Shown here: positions 49,951 to 61,200 of the stretch, piece after piece | How positions within the stretch are numbered: position 1 is the stretch's first letter | How the letters are laid out: each line of letters starts with the position of its first letter | Assembly: GCF_002571385.2 (NCBI RefSeq) | Contig: NW_019217855.1 | Location: 843,830-907,829, forward strand | Length of the DNA: 64,000 bases | Source: Stylophora pistillata | Taxonomy: Eukaryota | Direction of reading: 5' to 3' | Notes under the pieces: model-generated | What the model was told of the DNA's origin: nothing | Seen by the model: only the letters and a program-made list of their open reading frames with translations | Database searches by the model: none | Program-made: the position numbers and the translations under genes

Positions 49951-52900
49951 TGTTTCTCTGTTTCATGGTTCTCTAAGGCTGCCAAAAGTACAACGCGGTT
50001 TCTCAAAGTTTTCCCTTTCTTGCTTATTTCGTGGTATCAACTTGCTTACTTTTTCTTTTTTTCACTTGTTGTAGCACATATACTGTACACTGTGGCAATC
50101 CACCCGTGAAAAAATGTCAGGAGACTTACCATCATACACCACAATAAAACATATTCATCAATTGGAGAGCCGTAATGAATATTAAGAATCTGAAGAATCC
50201 CTCCGATCATAGTGGAATCTTTGAATTCAACTGGACTCCGTGTCATACAACCAACCTATTGACAGTCAAGACAATGTTAATAAGGTATCTGGAGGACGAA
50301 CAACTGAAAGGCTCTAGGCAAAAAATAATTATTCTTGCAGTTTCAAAGAAATAATTTGCTCTCTAAGATCTGATCTAGGATCTGATGACAATGCATTTTT
50401 TCTTGGTTGAGGATTGGTGTTATAATTGTATCTCCTGGTAGATCTCTACGCTAATTCTCGATCCTGTCTGCCCACTGTGTACCGAAACTGTTCCACAGTT
50501 TCTGCTACTAATCATTCTTGGGGGTTGAAATAAGAGTTGAGATGCCAAGCTGTTCCTTTTGACCCCAAAGGCACTCAATGTTGGAATGTAGATTTCCCTT
50601 TATGAGAGGAACATAACTTTGTTTCTGTCGCTGAGAAATGACGTGTTTGTAAAAATCAAGATTCAGGCGGGTTTGTTTGTCATTTTTTTCCAAGAAAATC
50701 TCTTGTTTCTTAAAAATTCTAAATGAAAAGATACATGTATAATGACCTCCCTATCAGTCAAGATAACAGGAAACTCTTAAATAACAGAAGAGCCAACTCC
50801 TAATGACACGCTAAACTACTGCAAGACTCTCTCCTCACCCTCATCTTTACAAAGAACTTTGCCTAAGCCTTTACTAGTGAATTAAACAAAGGTACCTGAG
50901 ACACAACAATCACATAAAGAAAGATCTTTATTATATAGTCAAGAGCATGGGACAAAGGAAAAATTCTAAGTCCCCATTAGGAATTGAACCTCAGACCTTC
51001 GGACTCCGCACTCCAATGCTCTACCACTAAGCCACAGAGATTCAATGGAGAGCAAGGCCTACCACAAAGTTCACATATGACACGCACTCCGCATACTGCT
51101 AGGATTGGCAATGTCGATAGCGTCATGTTTTGTAAAGAATAAGAAAGGTGGTAAATTTTGAGCTCGGTAAAGAATAAAGAATGATGTTTATCGTCTAGTC
51201 AAAAGCGTGGGATAGAGGAAAAAAAAAACTTGATGATGATTATCCTCTAGTTTTTTTTTTTTTTCCTTTTGTCCCACGCTCGTGACTAGAGGATAAACAT
51301 CAATCTTAAATTCTTTTCCGAGCTCAAAACTTACCATCCTTCTTATTCTTTACTAAATAATCACATAGCACATACCACTAGTTTGATTGTAATCTTGGAA
51401 CACGCCAATCCAAACGCCATGACAAATAAACATGGGTGCTTACGAAATACACTTGTGGAGGAGGTTGTCGCAGTAAGATAGGCCATATATAACATAGCAG
51501 CAATAGGAAACAATGGTGATAAAACCCTAGTGCCCTGAAAAACAAACACAACCAAGTAATTCTTTGTATGACTAGTAATTTAGAAAATGGGCCCGTGATT
51601 TTGCAACTTTTGGAGATAACATTTAAAGTTTCTAATTAAATGTAGGTATAGAGAAAAAGCCCATTAAGGGTTCCCACAGTCATTGGTTTTCAAAACTCCC
51701 TGAGTTTTCTCAATGAAAGAGTAAAATTTCTCCTGAACAAACCAATACTGTGCATAGTACACCACAGTACATCTTTTTACCCACAGAAACATTAAACATC
51801 ACATTTTAACATCTTTATAGTATGACATTCCTGAATCCATATAACAGCTCAGAGAAATGAGAAATGATTGCTTTCTGCAAACAAAAATACAAAGTTTTTT
51901 AAAATCGAAATGACAAAAAAAAAACCTTACTTCAGATATCAGAAGTGCCGTAAATTGTTGTTATTTACTACAACTACATGTAAACCCTTGCAAGTGCAGT
52001 CCTTGCAAATTGCATGCATGTCCCATCTTGGGGGTGGGGGAACACTTGTGTTCATTTAACTGTAAGTACACTGCCTCTTTGAAAGGCTGTGCAGTAACAG
52101 CGATATAGAAAATTTCATGATAGTAGAAAAAACTTACAGCAACTGTGGATCCATTCTTCCCCTTTCCACCTTTATATATTTGAAGAAATATTGATGAAAG
52201 ATTGTAAATTGTTCCACACATAGTACCCCCAAAGATAACATCCTTGTATGTGACACTGAAGTAAGGAACCTGGTCATAATCAAGAATCAGGATACATAGC
52301 AATTACTTCTTTATTCCAACAAAGTGTGGAGAAAAAAGACTTTAAGTAAGTATATGTAGTACAAAAAGAGGAAATTCTGGCTGAAAAAGCCATTGATTTT
52401 CCTGCAGGGCAATCAGCTTCACTTTCTCACTGTCCACCAGGCAAATCCCTGAACAAGCCACTTTTCAACTCAGTCCCAAAGAGGAGGCCAGATTTCTTGT
52501 TGTAGACACCTGTTCCTTATCATGTCTGAACATTACTTTCCAACAAATGCATACATCAACCATTTCACTTCCAAGATCTCAGGAGTAATCCCCCTTACTG
52601 TCTGCCATACCAATCTTATTTTAGTTTTGAGAATCTCGTATTGGATCAACAGATATAATCCCTTAACTGATAGCTAACTTATTTTTGTGTTTATAAATAT
52701 TCTAAGAAGAAATTCTGTTTTTTTGGTCACTCATCAACAATGACAATTCAACATGATTACCTTGGATGACTGCATACATGTACCATACAGATGAGCACAG
52801 CTCGGCACTAAATGTGCAGCATTAGCCATGTAACATACTCATCATATCTGATACACTCACATACACAAACCATAACAATTGTAGAAGCAAGCCTACCTGC

Positions 52901-55900
52901 TGGGACCATACTTGAACACCAAAGATTCCAGACACTATGAATATACCCATGCCAGCAACTTGAATCTCTGTTACATCAAATCTGAAATTTCCACAAGCCA
53001 AAATGGGCTCAACTTTGCTTCGTGTACATATACCAGGATGTGTAAATCAAGTTAAGTTTCAAGCATTAGCCCTTCCTCAGAGCAAGAAATTTTAATTGAT
53101 TAGCCCTTCACTCTGACGAGGGGCTAATGCTCTAAACATCAGCTTTGAAACTCTTTACGGTGACCAAATTACATCATCAACTCGGTTGATAAAACCATCA
53201 TAATTATCTTGTTACTCCCATAGATGCAGCACCATAGTTTCTTTAGAAACTTATCCCTTTTAATTCTGGTTTGGTTAACTTTCCAATAACAAGAGATTAC
53301 ACCTATTTCCCTTTAAAAAAAAGCAAGACCTACTTCAGGGGTCTACATCCATTGGGGGTGGAGTTTCTCTTAAATCAGTAATGTGAAAAGCTCTCTTTCT
53401 CCTGTTGCTGAAACAGAATAGAGATTTTACACACTTACGTTCCAAACTTTATAGTACCAGAAACATAAGCTTGCCAGTGAGCACAATAAAACATGAAGGT
53501 TGCCATGAATGTTATGAAGAACATCCAGCTAGGGTGTTTCCCAAGCTCTACTGCAACACTGATAGCCAACATCATTATCACCATGGAAACAGAGTCACAG
53601 CCATGATCTACCAATTCTCCCAATGGTGAAGCACTTTTTGTACGCCGTGCTTGTTTACCATCAACAGCATCAAGAGACTGATATGCAAACAGTCCCAAAG
53701 CACTCAAGAAAAAGGCCCACCATGGTGCCTGCAAAGATACAGAAGATCAATCATCAAATATAGATAAGAAAACAACCTACATTGTTACACACCTGCAGTT
53801 TCTCATGTTCTAGTGATGGAATATAATAAAAATAAACTTGTGGACCAGGACTCCAAAAATACAGCTCTTAACACTTAAAGGTAGAAACGTGCAATGTTGA
53901 TATGGAATAAATAAGTACTGGTATTGTGCTGATTTTTTTCCTTGTTTACTACTTTGGTCCTCTGGGTGTATAATAAAGCATTTAAATCTTGTCCTTCAGG
54001 AAACAGTTAGTTTTGTTTTTGCAAAAGTCCCATGTTTCCCTCTACTTTGATTAAGGAAGCACTGAGACTCACAGGAAAACAAAACTAACTGTTCCCTAGC
54101 TGGAAAACATTAGGCATATATTGTTTTCACCACAAATTTCCACTCATACTGACTACGTATAAATCATAACCAAGGGTATTCCACACTCCTTGGGATAAAC
54201 TTGCAAGTTTAAAATGTTTGTGTTACTAAAAGGCTCAGTAACAGAGGTGTGTGTAAGAGATTTGCATCCTTGCATGAGAAATTTACCCCAGCAATCCAAA
54301 TACAAATTAACCAACAGGTACTTGTCAGACTACACTTGAACTCCAACAATAGGCCAGATGCTTATCACTTTCAAAACTGATCTCAACCTTAGATTTCTTC
54401 GACATACTGTGAATCCTCTAATAAGCCCCCCCTGGGGAGCTTATTTATTTCAGGTACTTAAGGGGGTGGCTTATTAGAGAAGGGGGGGGGCCCTTATTAA
54501 TTTAGCCTGAAGTTCACTACCAGGATACAATAGGATATGATGTACAGTATTTAGTAAAAAATTGTTCTCATTTTACATTTTTTCATTTACCAATCTGGCA
54601 GAGTCAAAATCCTCAGTAAATTCTGATGTTAAGTCCAACATGATAACATCAAACAATCACCATAATCAATTTTAAATGACAAACTAAAATTACAGTACTT
54701 GAATAAATTTATCATACTTTCTGACCTAGAGTGTTATTTTGAATGTTTGTTTTTTGAGGGGGAGGGGTGGGAGGGGCTTAATAAAGTGGGGGGGCTTAAC
54801 AAATTTCTTTCTCTAAAGAGGGGGGGACTTTTTAGAGGGGGAGCTTATTAGAGGGGGGGCTTTTTAGAGGGGGGCTTAATAGAGGATTTACAGCACAGAT
54901 ATATAACAGATGGATAGACTTTGCACTATCTCCTGTTGATTTCCGTGGTAATATCTATCATTCAATAACAATAACAAATATAATGTCAGGTCAATTTGAT
55001 GAAACTATTTCGTTTTAAAAAGTTTATTTGGTTTCCTGCATAAGTATTGATTACACATTGGTTTAATTTTTTGAGGGCTAAAAAAAAAAAAACTCATTAA
55101 ACAGCTAGTTAATGCCAATTAAAATGTCCCAGCTGGATGCATTACTACTTAAAATACAGTGATTAATTATAAACAATCTTAGTTCTCCTTTATTAAACAA
55201 TATCACGGTTTGATGACAAACAAGAACAATTTTTTGTTAAAGTTTCTTTAGAATTTGTGAAAGTTCCAAGTTTCAATAACTTAAGGAACCGCAAATAAAG
55301 CAGGCTCAATCGACTGATTTATTCTAAACCGGCAATTTAAACTTACCAATCATTCTAACTGTAAACATTTACTATCAAAGCACGCTATTAAAGTTCCAGA
55401 GCTCAGCTAAATACAAGCTCAACACAACAAATGCATTACCATTACTTTCGTGTAAATTCATTGAGCCACTGAGTGTAATTGAGATCTTAAAGTTGAAGAT
55501 ACATTATCAGTTCCACTCCGAAAAAGAATGTTTTTAATGAATTAAATTAAAATCTAAAATGGACGAAACAAAGCAAAGCAAAACATGTATTATTCACCAA
55601 CATAACTAGCTTCAAACACCGCGAATAAATCGAAAGATTGAACAACATTGAAACGGAAAGTTCTTTTTCTACAACAAATCTTACCTCTCCTGTGGCTTGA
55701 GGACAATACCACATTAAAATAAGCGAGGTGACTACATTGATGACTAATCCAGAGATTGTAATGGTGTTTGGAGCTAACCACAGGGGAAGTTGTTCCACAA
55801 GCCATCGCCAGTAAACTTGGAACCAAGGGTCCAGAATCGATACGCATTGCGCGCTATATTTGTGCTCCGAAAGGCGTTTTAACTGAGCCTCGTTCAAAAC

Positions 55901-55909
55901 TGAATTCAT
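49175..55909 (-). CDS. CEPT1: choline/ethanolamine phosphotransferase (CEPT1/CHPT1 family), 7 exons, 377 aa
   Basis: Exons 55909-55685, 53728-53439, 52981-52897, 52269-52138, 51534-51376, 50255-50130, 49291-49175 are GT-AG and phase-consistent. Motifs: [20 protein letters not shown], the CDP-alcohol phosphotransferase motif [44 protein letters not shown]. The C-terminus is KKEKDK*. Confidence 0.95.
49642..49950. mobile_element. hAT-like MITE with 5-bp TSD in the last CEPT1 intron
   Basis: TIR CAGGGTTGCCAC/GTGGCAACCCTG, internal TTCCCTGAC repeats, and TGTTT on both sides. Confidence 0.82.
50930..51350 (-). mobile_element. tRNA-derived SINE with rearranged/inverted pieces
   Basis: The minus strand shows a tRNA-like head (GTGGCTTAGTGGTAGAGC...GGTTCAATTCC). 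GAGCTCAAAA-x-TTACCA motifs occur in both orientations. Confidence 0.6.
54407..54893. mobile_element. MITE (Tc1/pogo-like ends)
   Basis: TIR CTGTGAATCCTCTAATAAGCCCC/GGGGCTTAATAGAGGATTTACAG, a left TA flank and subterminal GGGGCTTATTAGAG repeats. Confidence 0.75.
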
Positions 55910-57137
55910 CGTGAAACGTTCTGGTTAAATTAATTTTCGTCTGCTTCAAATTCGTAGCCAAACGGAAGATTTGAAGACCGTCAAAGCCACGTAAATATAA
56001 CATTCAGTAGTACCAAATGTAAATGTATTTTATCCTTGACTAGGTTCATTCTTCGAAGACAAAAGGCCAGGTCGCATTTCAAGTCCTCGCGCGGGCGCCT
56101 GGTCAACCGGAAGTTTGTCTGTGTTTCCGGTAAACTTGATCTGAAATTATAATCATAGACGATAAATTGAGACTGATTTGTATTAATTTCGCTGAATGCA
56201 AGTACAGTATATGTCAAATTTCTCTAGCTTACGACGACGGTAACTGTGAATATCTTCTTTCGATGAAGGGCTACAAAAGAGTCAGAAGTTCCGTTTACAT
56301 ACATCTAAAAAAGCTTTTTGTTATGCAAAGTAACGTAACTGAACGGTTAAGAACTATTTGCATAATACTCATAGACAAGAAAATGATTGTAAAAAATTTA
56401 TCTTCAAACTGCTGATCAAGCCTGGTGATTTCACTGTATATCAAGACTGAAACACTATTTTTGGATGGTAGGTGATAAGTTTTGTAACAAGGAAGTGTCA
56501 TTTTCAACTACGATCGATTCGATAGCCTATGAATACCAAGGAAAATTGATAGAGTGAGACCTGATTTTGACAACTTTCTTCGATTTTACCCTCATCAAAA
56601 GTATCTCTAACGGGCAAGATACTGATAAGTTCGTCTGACACATAACACCTGGTTTGGTCTTTACTTTAAGTTGTTAGGGTAATCGTTTGAAATCGTTATC
56701 AGCACTCATGACCTGACATAGCAAAATAGTCTTCTGATGAGACTGTGGAGGTAACTGAATTCAAAACTTGAGAGAGGAAAATGCTCGAGATTTTCTCAAT
56801 AAACGACCAGTCCAAAAGTGTGTTTAGATGGTTTCGATCGGTCTCTGATTGTTTATTAGGCCACTTCGGTTTTTTCATTGCAAAGTCGTTAATCATTTAC
56901 TGTTTGATCTTGATGTATATCTAACGTACAGACTGTCTGTTCGTTTTTGAATAGCACTTTCAATTATTTTATTGCGTCATGAACGTTTCACAAGGTTGGC
57001 CCAAATACGTTTGTTTCAGGCAGGTTTTGCCTTTAACTCAGTTGTTACCAAAAGATGATCTTCAAATATTCTACAGACGTTGAATTGTTTGCATTTACAT
57101 TACACCAGTAGGTAGAAACTAACAGTAGTTGCGCGGA

Positions 57138-57688
57138 AATAGACCCTTTCAAGGTTGACGCCGCGCCGCCATTTTGCCGGGGGTGCAAAACTGCTGCGGC
57201 GAGTGCAAAATGTACAGTGAATGTATGGAAAAATTCGGGAGATGGATGCTCGATAATTTGAGGAAGGTTGAAATTCTGCAATTCTATAAATTACGAAGTA
57301 AAGATACCTAGCAAAAGATGTTGCCGATTAAATGTGAAGGGTTCAGGCTCGCTGAGAAGTGAGAAATCTTATTTTTAGTTTTTCATACAAATGCTTTTAA
57401 ATTTTCCCGCAAACGGCGGCTTGGTTTTAGAGACAAATATATGGAAAATCAGAATCTTAATTTGCGGCTTTTTTCGCGAGACTTCATTTCTCAAATTTGA
57501 TTGGGTAAACTAGCAGGTCTGGTATCTTTAGTTTGTAATTCATAGAAATTGCACGATGTCAACCTTCCTCAAATTATCGAGCATCAATTTCTCAATTTTT
57601 CCCATACATTCACTGTACATTTTGCGTTCACCCCAGCAGTTTTGCACCCCCGGAAAAATGGTGGCGTTAACCTTTTAAAGGGTCTATT
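57138..57688. mobile_element. MITE with ~170-bp imperfect TIRs between CEPT1 and the NWD-like gene
   Basis: AATAGACCCTTT...AAAGGGTCTATT ends. The mirror ORFs 57045-57281(-) and 57549-57746(+) share NLPQIIEH...HTFTVHFA...AVLHPR. Confidence 0.85.
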
Positions 57689-58239
57689 ACGAAAAGTGAA
57701 ACCCTCGAATTTGCACTCAGGGTCTTCGTTTCAAGGTTTTGCGTGAGATCAAATGGTGGACGAGAAAATGAAGCATGCATGAATGTGGGGTCGGGGAACC
57801 TCAATAAGTTGCATCAGGTAACGCTCTTTCTCATTTGCAACAATTGCTGGGTCGTCACGCGCGTTGTGACTTCGATGGGGACTGCATCGTAGCATTCATC
57901 GATGAGTTGCTCACAGAATACGTCGCAGAATTCGTACCGTTTATTGCGAAATGAAACAATTTTAATATAGAAGTTGTCAGGGCACTGGCCAGTTTCATTG
58001 CCCACTTATTTTTCTTTCGAAAAATGTTTATTCCACTTTCAGTCATGACAAGAGTTGAGTGATACGATATTTTAGCGGTCTGAAACTTCAAGCTGAAGGA
58101 CCAATATTTGCTGGACTTACAAAAAGCTGCGAACCAAAGCCAGTAGAGAAAGGAAAGACAGTTCGTGATTTAAACAGGGATAGCTTGCCAATTATAATTG
58201 AAACATACCCCTTTTCACTTTAGTGAATCTGAGACAAAC

Positions 58240-61200
58240 ATGGCGGACAACATTAGACGAGTCCTCACTGGAGATGTGACGAATTTACCACGAAAGGAAT
58301 CCAACATAGTACGAATATTTACAAGCTCGACTTTCACAGGTACTTTTCTTAATTAAATATTGGAACTGAAAGTATCATAACTAATCCCAGAGAGTTGTTA
58401 TACACCCGCAGTTTTCCTTGCTCTAAATTAGTAATCACGTGACCCTGCATAAATAAGATGTATCCCGCTCAGGATACAATTGTTGAATCGAATGCGATTT
58501 GCACGTGATCAGAACGTGTTCGAGACCGGTGGTGTGATTGTGGCGTGATACTTCTGAGTGTCTTAGGGGGTGATTACATGGCGAATTTCAGCCCGGTCAG
58601 GCGGGCTGAAATATTGTCGTCATTACATGATAAACTCAAACCGGACTGAAATGTAAGCGTGCGCGCGTAAAGTCGCCCAAAAATCAAAATAGCGCTAACG
58701 ACACGAATTGTGATAATGGCGTCCAGCTCAGCTTCATACTGCTTTACCTTGCCTGCGTCGATGTCCCTGTTGCAGTTCAATTTTAGCTTTGAAATTAGCT
58801 GGGCATCGAATATGACTCTCAATTTTATCGCCTTTATTCCATTGAAATCTTTTCTCCTTCACATTCATATTACATCCTAGAAAACAAACTTACTGCACAT
58901 GCTCGCGTTGCCCCTCAGTTTTCAGTGAACTTCTTGTAGGTCGATCGTGGCCAAAAAGGAAGGGAAAGAGGAAGAATACCTTTATAAACTCTCATTTTCT
59001 TCTTCCTAACCATGTTTCTTTTCTGGATATTTATATAAACTGGTCTCTCGGGAAACAATAAGTTTTGTTTTCCCTCGAGCCTCAGGAAAACAAAGTTAAC
59101 TGTTTCCTTTCGAAGCATACATTTAGTGTATAATATTCAGAGTGAATAAAACTTTATCGGCCTTGTACATTATAACCGAGGCTTTAATTTCGTAAAGAGA
59201 CAGGAGAGACTTTTTTTTGGCCTGATGTTCTCCAAAGTTCTTTTTTTGCTCTAAGTTATGAAAAAAAGAAACATTGCCAGTGCACTTTAGTGTCGATAAA
59301 AATCCACTTGAAGGGAAAAAACTTTCCTCATAGTCTCGAATCATAATTCATCTTTTCTCCAGATACCACGGAGGAAAGAAATCGCCTCATAAGGGATGTG
59401 TATCCAAGCCTACGGAATTTCTGTCAGCAGCGAGGATTAGAATTCCAAGTTGTGGATATGAGGTGGGGCGTGCGAGATGAAGCGACTGCTGACCACAAAA
59501 CCAACGAGCTGTGCATGCAGGAGATCAAGAACTGTCAAAGACTTACGCCCGGACCAAATTTTGTGGTAAGTTTAATATCTGAAAGAACCAAGAGTTCTGG
59601 CGATTCTTGTTATCACAGGTCTGCCTTTACTGTATAAGTTCCATTGTTTTAAGAAGGGGTGATTCTAACTAATGAATTCAATGTAGTGTCTTCTAGGCGA
59701 CAAATATGGCTATCGACCATTTCCTCACAAAATCCTAGCAACTGAGTTTGAGATCCTGCTAGAAGTGGCTCGAGAAACTTATGACCAACCTGATCATATC
59801 GATTTACTTCTGGAATGGTTCTGGAAGGTAAAATTACTTTGAGGACTTTTATTTGCTTTCAACCTTAATTAACCCCTAAAGCTAAGGCACATTACAGTGA
59901 AACCGGATGTTCTTTTGATATCAACCTTGCAAACTTCCGCCGCAACATTGGTAATTTGATTGACAGTTTGAGTGGACCAAATGCAACCCACGCGAGCAAG
60001 TTGCAACCCAGGCGAGCAAGTTGCAACCTGCGCGAACAACTTGCTCGGTTCAATCGTACCTCGTGGTACGACATTTCGAAAATGTTTCAAGTACTACTTC
60101 AGTACTTTGAAGATAGATATGCGAGTTTCTTTGGTTTTCCTCACCGAGCGACTCTTCAGGGCAGACAGAAAGTTTTTTCTAAGTGAAGTTAAAGTCCTTC
60201 CTTAAAATGAGGAAGGACTTATCTGATTTCCGAATTGTATGTACTAATGCAATTACCTGATTTCCGAATTGTATGTACTAGGTTTCTAGTTTACAATATT
60301 CTACAAATTCTACGACGTCGGGGATAGAAACTGTTCGTTCCTTCCAACCAGGTTTACCGGGAAAATACGTCCCACGCAACAGAAATTTAGTCACAATGTT
60401 CGACACAGTTTGTGGCGATAATCGATGACCATAAAGCAATTTCTGTTCCCTTTTTTCAACCGGAGTGGTACGATTATGATGTATGTAAGCCATAAAAGCC
60501 ACAAAATTCGCAATTCGCTCATCAAATTAAATTGTAACCCAGCGCCAAAACGTGAGTAGCGAATTGCTCGCGAGGCTTGCAACTTGCTCCAATCAAACTG
60601 TCAATCAAATCACCAATGTTGCGGGGGAAATTTGCTAGATTGATATCAAAAGAACATCTGGTTTCACTGTAAATTTCCTTCGTGCAGAATTTATCCTTGA
60701 AATAGTCATTTGCCAGGAAAGAAAACGTTGAGACTAAAAGAGACATTCGGGCTAGTCCAGTAATATTTTTAGAGGAGGTACAAACAGAGAACGCAGATTT
60801 TTTTACTCTAAAGCCCAGACGAGCCAGGAAATATTTTAAGACAATGCAATCCTGTTGTTGGAAGAATTTTGTCTTCAGAAAAGTGATGAAAATACTCATA
60901 GGTCTAATTATGTGGGAGGGGGGGAAGGGAGAGGGTACAAACCCCCCCTCATGGATCCTCCTTGAGGATAAGAACGGTAGTTAACGACGGCAAACATCAA
61001 CATGGATTAGTAGTGGGGGGAGGGGGGGGGAGAGGGTACAGACCCCCCTCATGGGTCCTCCTTGAGGATAAAGGCGGTTGTTAACGATTGCAAACATCAA
61101 CATGCATTAGTAGTGGGGGGGGTGGGGGCAAACTCTATCCTTGAGTTTTCTTCAGATTGACAAATATTGTCACTCTTTTTGTTTTCATAAGGAGTTTGTC

